A stretch of DNA of 64,000 nucleotides, taken from the human T2T-CHM13v2.0 reference genome, Homo sapiens. The stretch is taken from NCBI RefSeq assembly GCF_009914755.1, contig NC_060946.1; one strand, written 5' to 3'. This document shows, piece by piece, positions 30,328 through 43,527 of this stretch (positions within the stretch are counted from its first letter, which is position 1; each line of letters starts with the position of its first letter). The notes below the pieces were generated by a model. That model worked only from the letters and a program-made list of their open reading frames with translations. It made no database searches and had not been told where the DNA came from. A program made the position numbers and the translations under genes.

Positions 30328-31999
30328 CGGAAAAGCGATTTCTATCACAACCCCATTTACTGTTCATGTCAACCCTATTGGGGAGGATGAGAAAATAGGA
30401 CTTGAGTTTACATATTTTACTCAAGTTCAGAAAAGGTAGCAAACGATGAGGCTGAGATTCTAACCCAGGCCCAATTAATTCCGAAGCAGGAGCTCCTAAA
30501 CACTATGCAGTGTGCGTATTTATAGATTTTAAAATCAGTCGGCCCATCTGGCTTCCCCTTTCTGGGCCCATGGTCTTCTGCGGCTTCTCTCTGGGTGCAC
30601 ACTTCTTCTTGGCATGGAAGGAGGCTTGGTCTTGACTCAGGGATTGGGAACGACGGACCCCTTTTTGTCGAAAAGCCCAGTGCTGCCCTGGCTCCGGCAC
30701 CAGACACCCATTGGCTAGTTTACGATCTATTTTACTGTGATCATTTCCATGGCCAAGTGTCCAAAGCCAGAAAGGTTTTTGCGTCATAGTTTTGGAATAT
30801 AAAATCAAAGAATGGCTGGAATATAATCATCAGAGTCCACGGCTAACCCGTTCTCTCTTTCTCAGAGGAAGGGTCTCCACTGGGCTCTGTCCTGGGGCAA
30901 TCGGAAGCTCATCACGGGGCTTCTGGCTCCCATAGCATCCTGGTTTTCTGTTGCTTTTATTCTGCTTTTTTTTTCCCAAAAAAAGTGAGTGTCCCCTTTT
31001 CAGATAGAATTTCAATAGAGGGATACAGAGGAGGTATTGGAGGGAGCTGGGCAATTCTCTTCTCTGTGATCTACCTCCCTGTTTAGCACAAATAATTTTA
31101 GCTTGCTGTGAAAACTTGGTCTTCTAACTCAATAAAGAACCTGTTTTCCATATTTAAAGTATTTTTATTTTCAGGCTTCAGGCAAAAAAGGTTTCTCTTG
31201 GCTATTTGATATTTTTCCCACATTTCTGCTTCCACAGGGGCCAGGCCAGCGAAGCCGGCCTCAGCGTGGCAGCATCCCACAGAGGCAGGTACAGCCACAC
31301 CTGATGCTTTCATACACTCCGCACTGTCAGAACTCACATTCCTAATCCCAGAGTTCCGCAGGGCCACCAGGATTCCCCTTCCCCCAGCCGGCCAGCCTCC
31401 CCTAACCTCCTCCAGGCTGCCTTGGTGGAGTCCACTCCTGGCTGTGGGCCTGGCATCTGACTCCCGGTGCCAGGCTCTGTGCCCCTGTGGCTCTTTGATT
31501 GCAGGCAGCAGGGTGTGGCTATGTAGCATCAGCAGGAGGCATCCTGGGCAGCTCAGACCCGGAGGGCTGTCCGGAGAGCCAGGTGAGGAGACAGGCAGGG
31601 GCCAGGCAGCTCGGGAGTCCGGGAAGCAGAAAGTGCCTGATGAAAACCCTCAGCAGCCCCCACATAGGGAGCAAAAAGTGACAGGCACCACTTTGCATCG
31701 TCACACTTCTGCACCCAGGATGAAAAGGCCCGAGGCAGCAGCTGCATTTGGAGAGGGCGAAGCATGATGCCACATGCTCCAGAGAAGACAGTGTCCAGGG
31801 TAATAAGGAACCGATGTTACCAGGAGGAGAGGGGTCACACAGTGTGTGGCTGAAGAGCCACAGCTGTCACGACAGAGCCAGGCCAGGTCCATCTGCCGCG
31901 GCTGTGCCCGTGTGCGAGCCCGTGACTAGTGGCGGATTCAACCCTGCTGCCCAAGTATACCAGCTGCTCTTCTCTCTCTGCTTGCCTTTCCCAGCCCCT

Positions 32000-32072
32000 G
32001 TGCACACACATGCACACACATGCGTGCACACACACGCATGCACACACATGCACAGTCCTTGTCCCCACACAC
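32000..32072. repeat. Degenerate (CA)n/(TGCACA)n repeat
   Basis: tgcacacacatgcacacacatgcgtgcacacacacgcatgcacacacatgcaca. Confidence 0.8.
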
Positions 32073-32449
32073 AGTTTTCCTCACCTGCAAACACTGCGTG
32101 TGTGCAATTGTACCCCATAAACATTGTATGTGGTTATGTACTTTGCTTTGTAATTATGATTTTGAATGCCTCATAATATTCCTTCAAATGAGGAACCGTT
32201 CTTCACTAGATCAGCTCTCCACAGAGGGGTATTTGATCCAGGTTTTCACCGTGTGAAGAACTCTGCATTGAAAACACTGCTTTCTACCTGTGGCCTCGTC
32301 CTTCAAGGATGAGCTCCTTGGGGCCAATTCCTCAGGCCGGGATTACTTGGCAGTTGGTAGAGCCATGTTTGTGTTCTCTGATGATACTCATAAATATTAA
32401 ATCCAATAGCCATGGTGTGCCAGGGACTTTTCCAACACTGGCTCTTCCA

Positions 32450-32560
32450 CTGGAATTTCAGCTCCTCAGGGTAGGGCTGGGTGTTCTGCTCATGGCTGTG
32501 TCCCCAACCCCTAGAACAGAACGACTCTCAGGAGGCACTGGAAAGGTTTGTTGAATGAAT
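32450..32560 (+). mobile_element. L2 3' end
   Basis: 'agctcctcagggtaggg...ctgtgtcccca..cctagaacag...tttgttgaatgaat'. Confidence 0.7.
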
Positions 32561-34408
32561 ACCGTAATGAATAGCAGCCTGCCATTTCCAGCTGAGGACT
32601 CAGGCTCAGAGAGGCCTGAGGGGCCATCTGACATCATGTGACTGTAAGTGCTGCAGCCAAGCCTGGTCCCCAAACATCTATCTTCCCCCTGGGCACACGT
32701 CGCCCTGCTTTCTGAAGATGTGGGGGGTTAGGTGAGCTCACAGCCTCCCGTACAGCCTGACTGTAAGGAGGCCCCCTCTACACCCCCCGACACCTGTGAT
32801 GGATGCCCATGCCCAGGCAGACCTGCATTTGGGGGACATATGGGGAAGAAGGGAGGCCCAGGCGAACGTGTGGGGACCTGAGCTCATCCATCACCAGGAA
32901 AGTCAAGGGCACGAGGCAGCCCCAGTTCCCGCTGGCTGGATCCTGCGGGCTGCAGCTCCATCCCAAGGGACCTGGCACGGGGAGAAACAAAGTTCAGGGT
33001 GCATTCCAGAAGGATCCACAGGGCTCAGCAGACAGTGCTGGGAGTGGGGAGCAGCCAGATGTACGGACGCCTCCCCTTCCCCACCCCACTCTGGCCGCTG
33101 GACGTACAGAACCCGGAAAATGCAGCCCCTGTGATGTAGTTATACCAGCCTTCCCTGGCCAGACCCCTGGCTTCCAGCCTGCCCCGGTCACAGCCAAGTT
33201 CACCCTTACAGGAGACAGCGGCCGACCCCGGAGCCCTTGGTAAAGCAAAACAAGCCAATGAAACAGACGTCTGGGTTTTCAGGACATCCATGTATCATCA
33301 GCGTGTTCTCCCCCAGCTCTCAAAGGAAGTGCCGACCACAGCTAATGAGGCCAATGATTGTATTCGGAAGGTGGAGTCACGCACAAACGGAGAGAAGCAG
33401 AGGCCACCGCTGCAGGGCCCGAGGGGTGGCTCCCAGGCCCAGGCAGAGCCGGCAGGAAGCGTGGCCCCGTCACCATCACAGCATTCAGGCGAGATTGTGC
33501 AATGGTGTGCAATGGAACTTGGACTCTGACCGAGAACGGGGCAGGGAATCCACATCTGATCCTGGGGGTCACCTTTTTCAGTTGGGATTTGGGGCAGAGG
33601 CCACTTTGCTTCCTGAGCCTGAGGGAAAAGGAGCCTCCAGCGCTGCTCCTGTCCCCGGTGAGAAAGCAGCAGGAAGGGAAGGGCCCCCTGCGCTTGGGTG
33701 GTGGGAGCCCAGGGCAGGCGGCAAGTCTCACCCTCCCTTTCAGCAAACCTGCCCAACAGCAAGTAAGACACCCACCGCGAGCTGGAAGAACCCGCCTGAA
33801 GTCACACCATAGGAAAGGGCCCTGGTCTCAGACAGAGCTTCTGTTCCTGAGGTCCCCTGCCTGCCGGGCGACGCTTGCTGCAGCCCGGGAAGCGCGTCTT
33901 CCATTGCTCTGTGCTGAGCACAGCCGCGGTGCGGGGCCTGGGTTGGGCCTGTCTGCCACGCCTGCTCATACCCCAGCCCTGCGCTGGAGCCAGGGTCCAC
34001 AGGGAGAAGGGGAAGCACAGGGCACCCCAAGCATGTCGCTGGATACTCAGGCTTCAGAGCCCTCTAACTTTCTCAGAGACAGGAAATGGGACTCGGAGAA
34101 GTCCCAGTGCCACCTGTGAGTGACGTGGCCGTGCAGAGCTGGGGTGAGAGCCCCACCAGCTGTTTTCTGGGCTCCTGTCTGCACCCGTCACAGCACAGCT
34201 CCTGTTGGGATAGGAATCTCTGAGGAAAAAGCATGAGACCTGGAACAAATGCTCCAGAAGACACCCCCAAAATTGTGCGGAGTCATTCAGAACCATATCC
34301 CTGATCCTGCTGTCACCGGCAACGCCTCCCTCCTTCCTTAAGTTGGCCACCTCCCCGGCAGCTGTACAGCTTCTTCGTTCTCCAGTTGGAGAGCACAAGG
34401 GCATGCTC

Positions 34409-34528
34409 AGACATGCACACGTGTACGGGAACACACACCTGCACCCTCGCAGCACACACACATGCACACTCATATGTACACACATGTGCACACACACTCA
34501 CACATGCGCACCCTCATATGCACCCACA
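34409..34528. repeat. Degenerate (CA)n repeat
   Basis: Alternating purine-pyrimidine CACA/CATG runs. Confidence 0.75.
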
Positions 34529-34664
34529 GCTCTGCTCCTGAGCCCCCTGCCTTTCCATGTCACCAGCTTGCCTCCCCCTCGGACTGACTTCCATCACACC
34601 CGCCACTCCTTGCTTGCATGAAGTCTGAGCTCCAACCCAGAGCCTTCTTCTTTCTGCCTCAAGC

Positions 34665-34953
34665 CCTGCATTAGTGGTAGGTCTGGAGCAGCTATGTGAA
34701 AGCCCACTACAGAGGCACAAACTAGTGGTCCCTTGACTTTCTTGCCTGCAGTGACCTCCTCTGATCTACCCTTGACCCCCATGCCCAAGGTCACAGCTTA
34801 GCTTTGCCATCCATCCCCTCAGCTCCACCCCATCGATCTCCCCTATAAAAAATGCCCCACATTGCCAATGTCCTTGTTCAATGGTTCCCAGTAAAACTCC
34901 TCGTGGGTTTCCTGGAGCGCCATGGGGCAGACGGTTAACATAAGAAACCCTGT
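34665..34953 (+). mobile_element. Probable old ERVL LTR (MER54/73/74-like)
   Basis: LTR layout: TATAAAA at about 34845, polyA-like AGTAAA at about 34890, end 'ttaacataagaaaccctg'. Family uncertain. Confidence 0.45.
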
Positions 34954-35449
34954 AGCTTCCCCTCGCTGCTCTCACCCCCTCAGTAGCTGAGACTCAAGCT
35001 CCCAAGGCTAGTTCCATTCTGGACAACCCCTAACTTCCTTCGCTCCTCTGTCTTTCTTCAAGACAAAGACCTGTCCTTGGATTTTCCAGTCGTCATACTG
35101 GAGCCAGGCGGCCTGATGGACAACATCACAAAAGCACACAATCAGTTCTCATCCTGGCGATGTGTCCACTGCCCTGGGCCACACCCCTGCCCCATCCACT
35201 CTGGCCTCTTCTGAACCTCCTGCCCACTGCTCAGCCTTGGAGTTCAGCACCTCAGCTCACCCACACGCCCAGCAGGGGCCTGGCCTTCTCCTTCACAAAA
35301 CAAAGAGAAGCTTCCAGACATGGCTGCTTCTGCGTGCTGGTGTTCCAGACACCAGGCTGCTATTCATACCTGCACAATTTGATCCTCAGAGCTGTTATCC
35401 CATCTCCTAGATGCATACCTCCATCTAACCTCCTGCAAAGCATCTTTTC

Positions 35450-35742
35450 AGCTGGGTGTGGTGGCTCACACATGTAATCCCAGCACTTTGGGAGGCCAAG
35501 GTGGGTGGATCACGAGGTCAGGAGATCGAGACCATCCTGGCTAACATGGTGAAAACCCATCTCTACTAAAAATACAAAAAATTAGCCAGAGGTGGTGGCA
35601 TGCACCTGTAGCTCAGCTGTTCGGGAGGCTGAGGCGGGAGAATCTCTTGGACCTGGGAGGCGGAGGTGGCAGTGAGCCTAGATTGCGCCACTGCTCTCCA
35701 GCCTGGGCAATAAAGCAAAACTCTGTCTCAAAAAAAAAAAAA
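35450..35742 (+). mobile_element. AluSc-like
   Basis: 'ggatcacgaggtcaggagatcgagaccatcctggctaac'; no obvious TSD. Confidence 0.93.
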
Positions 35743-35831
35743 TTATTCACATTGTATTTTGGAAATGTTCATGTGTGTATAAAAAGAGAGAGAATAGGAA
35801 GATGAGCCCCCACTAACCGTCACCCAGATTT

Positions 35832-36038
35832 GTTTTGTTTTGTTTTGTTTTTTTGTCTCAGCCTCCCGAGTAGCTGGGATTACAGGCACACGACCACGCC
35901 TGGCTAATTTTTATAGTTTTAGTAGATGGGGTTTCTCCATGTTGATCAGGCTGGTCTCAAACTCCTGACTTCAGGTGATCCACCTGCCTCGGCCTCCCAA
36001 AGAGCTGAGATTACAGGTGTGAGCCACCACGCCCGGCC
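35832..36038 (-). mobile_element. AluS with about 100 bp of the right arm deleted
   Basis: (TTTTG)n tail joined directly to 'tctcagcctcccgagtagc'; degenerate TSD accgtcacccagattt/accatcacacatattt. Confidence 0.9.
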
Positions 36039-36518
36039 ACCATCACACATATTTAACGGTTTTAAACACATGATCAATATTGTTTCAGCCACAGCCACAC
36101 TCACTAATACTCCAAAATGGATTGTTTAAAAATAAATCCTAGACACACAGTAATTTTATCCAGAAGTACTTTGGTGTGTGTACCTCTAGAAAACAAGGAC
36201 TTCTTTTTAGCCCAGCTATGCCATCTATGCCGAACACCTTGATCATTTCCGAAAATCATCTACAGTCCTCTCCATATTTGATAGTTCTACCCTCTCTCAC
36301 ACTCGTTATTTTACAGACAGTTGGTTCACCAAACCCAGATGAGGTTCACACATTTGGTTTCTATGCCTCTTAAGTTCTTTCGATCTGCAGAGGACATCTT
36401 CTGTGTGTGTGTGGTTTTGTTTGTTTTTTAGTTTTTGTTGAAGAAAGTTCATTTGTCCTATAGACATTCCCACACACTCTCAAGATTCTGCCAAATTTTA
36501 CCCCTGTGGTGTTTCTAA

Positions 36519-36838
<320 letters not shown>

Positions 36839-37572
36839 TCTGTGTTTTCTTTAAATTAGTAACTGGATCATGGTCGGACTCCGGTTTAAATTTTGGCAAG
36901 AAGCCCTCACCAAAGAACCTTTGATGTCCTTTTGACTGTGTCCCATCCATCAGGAAGGGTATCAGAAATAACCAGCCGTTGGCCTGATGTGCCTATCACA
37001 CAGTTCCCTCTGCCTCTCACTGGGTCATTTTAGCAGCTGTTGTTGAAAATTGTGTAGATGTGTCATTTCATTAAAGAGAGTGGGTGTGTGTGAGAGTGAC
37101 AGAGAGAGAGGAGGAAGGAAGAGACCGGCTGGGCTCTGTCTTCCCAGCTGGGTCATGGTCTCGTTTTTTGGGATATCATCCTCCTTTGCTCAGTGTCCAG
37201 AGCCCAATGGTGGCTCCATGAACGTCCCCTGAAGAAGGAACAAAGGCGTCTGATAAGGGCTCAAAGAAAACCAAACACACAATGAATCCTCTCTAAATCA
37301 CAAATAGTCACTTAAAATGCCATCTGCAGTGTTTTGCCATTTATTTATGAGTATTCAAATTCTGCCTCTTGGACGACATTGACAGAAAGCACATTTCATC
37401 TTTGTCCAGTGAGGAGAAACAGCAGTGAATCTCTTTAAGAATCCAGTGTGAGGAGTAAAAACTGGGGGCAGCGAAGGGTGGCATTCAGTGCTTCTGTGTC
37501 CTGGAAAAGCACAATTCCACCATTCAAGAGGGGCTGGGGCCTGTGGCCTCCGTAGGTACCTCTGAAACCTCA

Positions 37573-38320
<748 letters not shown>

Positions 38321-39317
38321 TCAAGGCCCCATGCCTGGATGGTCTCAGGAAACTCAGCCCAAGTCCTTGGATTGGGGAACATTTTTCCCTGTGCTCCCCA
38401 TCACTGTGGGGTTCAGACTCCAATTCCACTCACCAGCCCTGCCCATGCGACCTCTGGGTGGCATCTAATTTCACATTTTTAGAAATCCTTAAGACCATTT
38501 CTCCTTCTAATAAATGTCTCTCCTAGCTTGAAATATATACAGTCCAGGGTTATTGTTTTTTAGCATCTCGTAATTAGCAATTCTTAATGAAATGAGTTTC
38601 TTAATTATGCCAGCAACATCAATTCTGATGTAAAGTGCAAAATGTTGCTTTGATTCACATTCATTGGACTTCCCCCTCCAAAAATAAATAAATCAATAAA
38701 TAAACCCACAGAATTCAATTTTGTCTGGCATGTTTATCTCACTATAACATCCCATTGAAATGATGGGGAAATATCCCAATGAGGTGAATATTATATAGGA
38801 CAGAAACTGGCTTTGGAGAGATCCGTGGAGGATGATATAGATCCCCAAGTCTCAGCGTCCTCAGGCCTTGGTGTCTGTGCTCAGCCACGTCTCCATTCTT
38901 GTCATTTCCAGGACAAGCCGGGCACATGCTCTGGGGAAGCGGGTTACCCTAATGACGATTGCCATTTCAAGCTCCAGAAATCTGCTCGCTTCGCCCTCCA
39001 GGGGAAAGTTGTGTTCTACAAAAACCAAGTCATTGGCTCAAGCAAAGGAAAATGGAGAAGGAGGAGTGTATCCCTCATGTCTGCCTGTGTTTCCATCACA
39101 CTCCGCACGCCCTCGAGATGAGGAGGGCATCTGAATGCGGACCTGGGCTCGGTCCTCCGGGAGGGCCACGTTCACAGCCTGTGCTCCAGAGCTGGGGCAC
39201 CGAGGGCAGAGACACGACCCTGGGGTGGGTCTGCAGCCCACACAGCCTGACGTGGGCATAAACCAGTCTTTGGAGGGGGGCCTCCCTCTGTCCCCGCCCT
39301 GGCACTGACTGTATGCA

Positions 39318-39521
39318 GGCAGCCTTCTGCCGTGAGCCATGACCACGGCCACTCACTGCCCAGGTCTGGGCACTGATGTCCGGAAGGCAGCCTTCTGCCG
39401 TGAGCCGTGACCACGGCCACTCGCTGCCCAGGTCTGGGCACTGATGTCCAGATGGCAGCCTTCTGCCATGAGCCGTGACCACGGCCACTCGCTGCCCAGG
39501 TCTGGGCACTGATGTCCGGAA
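39318..39521. repeat. 68-bp tandem repeat x3
   Basis: Units start at 39318, 39386 and 39454. Confidence 0.95.
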
Positions 39522-39627
39522 CATCTGAGAACAGAGAGCTTCTTTTCCTTACTGACCCCACCTGGGTCATTCCCTCAGCCCTGAACACACCTGAGGGGCC
39601 CTGGGGCACGTGCACCAACTGGACAGG

Positions 39628-40007
39628 TGTCATCATCTGCTCCGGCTGCCGTAACTGTCACAGACTGGGTGGCTCAAGCAGCAGAACTTTAATTTTTCAC
39701 TGTGCTGGAGGCCAGAAGTCTGAGATCAAGATGTGGCCAGGGTTGGTTCCTCCTAAGGCCCCTCTCTTAGGCCTGCAGACACCATCTTCTCCCTGTGTTC
39801 TCCCTGCCACCCTTCTGGGTGTGTCCGCATCCTCATCTCCTCTTCTTACGAGGACACCAGTGGGATTGGATCAGGGCCCACTCATTATGACCTCATTTTC
39901 ACTTAACCACCTCTTTGAAGACCCTCTCTCCAAACAGTCCCATGCTGGGGTGCCGGAGGTTAGGGCTTCAACATAGGATTGCAGGGGACAGGACACAGAA
40001 TGTGACA
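39628..40007 (-). mobile_element. MLT1B solo LTR
   Basis: 'ggaggccagaagtctgagatcaag', 'aggacaccagt', 'tgacctcattttcactta'; TG...CA ends; TSD acagg/ccagg. Confidence 0.85.
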
Positions 40008-40106
40008 CCAGGCAGGCAATGTGTGTCCCTCAGGGGGCCTGGGTTCCGGGAATCTGCACCCAGATTGCACACCCCATGGAGCAGGAGCACTTCCCGACAA
40101 GAAACT

Positions 40107-40425
40107 TGGCACAGGTCCAATGGTTGGGGCTGGTGTCCTGCCGTCCTGGGTGGTAAAGGAATTTACCGAGACGGTCCCAGGTAAAGAAAGGCAGGTTGGT
40201 TAGAGGAAAAGTGTGTTGCAAGGGCGCAGCGGACAGCACAGCAGGGAAGGGGGTGTTTGCAAAGAGGCAGGGGCTGCAGGATTTGATGGAGTCATGCCGG
40301 AGGGGCTACCTACCGAGGAAGGTCCTTGTGGCAGCGTGCTGTTTGCAGTTAGCGTCCCTCAGAACAATCACTGTCCCCCACCTGGGTCCCCCTCCTCATT
40401 GTTGCTAACTTTTCAGGATTCCACA
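40107..40425 (-). mobile_element. ERV1 (MER4-group, possibly MER93-like) solo LTR
   Basis: TG...CA ends flanked by aaact on both sides (40102-40106, 40426-40430); 'ggtggtaaaggaatttaccgagac...ggtaaagaaaggcag'. Confidence 0.75.
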
Positions 40426-41258
40426 AAACTTTCAAGAGTTTTTATCAGAATAAGGGTGACTGGACTCCAGGCAGGAGAGATGACAAGGAGGACCTGGGCT
40501 TTCTGTGTCTAGGCTCCCAGAGCTGAGAGAAGCAGACAGAGGACAACACAGACCCCCGCATGGAGGGAGATGGAGGGTGCTCCTCCCCTAGCCAGGCAGA
40601 GAGCCAATGGCCCCACACCCACACGCAGCTCCACGGGGCCGCATCAGCCACAAACAGGCAACTCCAGATGGGATCAGATCGGGACTGAGCCAGTGCCTCT
40701 TGGGAAAGCGGAGCGCCAGGAAGGACTGAGCCCAGCCTTCATCAGAATGGTATTCTGACAGCTTACGGAAATAGAACATTCGTGCATGAGACGTGAGCTT
40801 TGGGGTAGCAAGGCCCAGGTGGGTTCTCTGCTCATCACGTAACAGCTGTGTGAGTGGGGGAAGGGGCTCACCTCCCAGGCTTGGAAAGTTGTGCCGCTTG
40901 TTATGAGTATTATATATTGTAGCTAAATTTCCAGTTCCAGCAATGGGGTAGAATAAATAAACTAAAACAATTCTTCTTAAAACATAATTCACCTAGAAAA
41001 GCAAGATAAAACATAATAAGCACATGCTTTTAACTGAATGGCTCAGCTCAAAAAAGAAAAAGTCAATGAAGGGAAAGATGCAGGAGTGAGCGGAGCGGGA
41101 GAGGAGAGAGTGGGAGAGGTGAGAGCGACCTCTCAGCGTGGGCACCCTTAGCTACTCTGCAGGGCGCTGGGGCCTCTGGTGAACCCAGGAGGGCTCTGCC
41201 TTCATCTTGGCCAGAAGATGAGCCCCTGTGACATGTGAGAGCTGAAGCAACAGAGAGT

Positions 41259-41420
41259 CAGATCTCCCTGACCCAGGCCCTCCGGGGACACATTTTGCCT
41301 GCCTGGTGTCACAGGCTGTGTCCTATTCCCTGCAATGCCATGTTGAATCCCTAACCTCCAGCACCCTGGGATGGGACTATGTTTGGAGAGAGGGTCTTTA
41401 AAGAGGTGATTAAGTGAAAA
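41259..41420 (+). repeat. Inverted copy of 39896-40056 (MLT1B end plus its flank)
   Basis: The reverse complement aligns at about 85% by eye, including about 50 bp of non-LTR flank. Confidence 0.9.
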
Positions 41421-41879
41421 CAAGGCCAGGGATTCCGTCAGGCTCCAGTGCGGTCCCAGTCCCAGTCCCTTGCACGCCATCCTCAGCCTTTCTCCGGACC
41501 ACGGCAGCCCCACAGCTGCGTGCAGCACTCGGCCAAGGGGGTGCAGCTGAGAGGCCCTGGGGGCAAGAGCTCCCCACAGATCTCTCTCCTATTAGCTTCC
41601 CTTTACGTCCAGCAAGGGGGCTGGACACATGCGTTCCCAGGTCCATGGTCCCCTCCCAGTTCCAGCAATGTCCCTCTCAGGCCTCAACTTCCCTGGCTCC
41701 CTTCACCGTTGCAGAAAGTTGAGTTTCTATCCTGAACCTCTTCCCCCATAACACTCAGGACACTCCTGAGCCTGGGTGGACGTGCTCGGGTGCTATAATG
41801 GGAGCAAAAACGGATGCAACAGGCTGAAGAGCAGTTTGGGAGCCTCAGGTGAAGATGCTGAGACCCAGGGAGGCAGTTT

Positions 41880-42330
41880 CCCGGAAACAACCTAAATGCC
41901 CAGCAGCAGGTATTCGCAGAATGTGTGTTATATTTGCACGAAGCAATGCCATCAATATTTAAAATGAATTAACTCAATCTACATGAATATCTATGTACAA
42001 GCATAAAACCCAACGCGTGTTGAGCAAAATGGGCAAGTTGCAAAAGGGAAGATGACATAGTTCCATTTACAGTAAGTCTTAAAACAATGAAAATCAATAG
42101 TACATGTTGTTTATTATATACACATACATTATAGAAATACAAAGTATGAATGTGAGACACAGAAGTGAATTTTAAGAGGCAGGAAAAGGAGTTATATCAG
42201 ATAAACAAAAAACGATGGCATTTAACTAAATTATAATATATTTTTTATTTTTAAAAATGCTTTGAAAGAAATAGGAAAGTGTCCCTAGCAGACCTGGATG
42301 CATGTTGTTATATTATCTTCCCATGCTTGG
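41880..42330 (+). mobile_element. L1ME 3' remnant
   Basis: 'ggaaacaacctaaatgccca', 'gttgagcaaaa..gcaagttgca', 'ttccattta'. Confidence 0.6.
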
Positions 42331-43237
42331 AATATGCTGCTAAACATTAACTTCGCATGCGTCATTCACAGCGTAATCGCAAATGCCAAGTGCCTGGCCC
42401 AGAAAAAGCACTGGGCAAGAGTTGTTTCTCATCTCTGTCATTCAATGAGCTAATCAATCACCAACTCAGCCAAATGTCGTTTTGCAATTGCCTCTGTTTT
42501 TAATTTTCCTCTTGTCATGTAGTAATTTCACATTCTTAATCTTATTTATCAATTTTAAGAGGCATGAAAGGATCCCTGTCATTTGACCCCAAACAAGGAA
42601 TTTTGAGAGGGCATCCTAAGAAATTATTCAATGGAAGAGAAAAATTATACTCACAAAGATGTTCACAGTTGCACTGTGTGTAATAGAAAATAATTTCTCG
42701 GGGGAACACAACTCTGTTGTTGCATTTTATAATTTTATTTAAAAAACAAGCAGTAAGGAAAGTAGTAGGTGAACAAGAACAGTAAAATATCCAACTCTGA
42801 AAAATCTGCATCCATGTGACCAAGTCAGGCCAAAAGCCTGGAAATGGAAACCGGCAAGATTTGTCACACGGTGGAGTTATGAGTGTGGAATTAATTTTCC
42901 TTTTTCAAAATTGTCATACAACATTTTTTGCCGATATAATAATTTTAAAAAGATGTAACAAGAGGTTTTTATCAGTTAAAAATTGTTGCTGTTAAAATAT
43001 GCCAACCCTTTACAAAACATTTTAATACACAATGCACTTTTTATTTTTTAAAAATTTCCAATTTACAAACATGTTGCAAAGATAGTTACAGAGAATTTCC
43101 ATATACCCCACACATAGTTCCCTCTGTTATTAATCTTATAGTCACATGATGCAGTTGTCACAAGAATTGATGTAATATTTACTAACCAACAATGAGCCAA
43201 TATTGATTCAATGACCCAATCGTGATACAATATGATT

Positions 43238-43527
43238 CTTTATTTTGAGACAGAGTCTCGCTCTGTCATCCGAGCTGGAGTGCAGTGGTATGATCTCGGC
43301 TCACTGCAACCTCTGCCCAGTGAGTTCAAGCAATCCTCCTGCCTCAGCCTCCTGCGTAGCTGGGATTACAGGTGTGTGCCACCACGCCTGGCTAATTTTT
43401 TGTATTTTTAGTAGAGATGAAGTTTTGCCATGTTGGCCAGGCTGGTATCGAATTCCTGACCTCAGGTGATCCACCCACCTCGGCCTCCCAAAGTGTTGGG
43501 ATTACAAGTGAGCCACCTCGCCCGGCC
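43238..43527 (-). mobile_element. AluSx-like
   Basis: Perfect 14-bp TSD gatacaatatgatt. Confidence 0.95.

Noticed and set aside
33358-34119. 253-aa ORF and overlapping ORFs
   Set aside because: Several frames on both strands are open because of high GC; I recognise no protein family.
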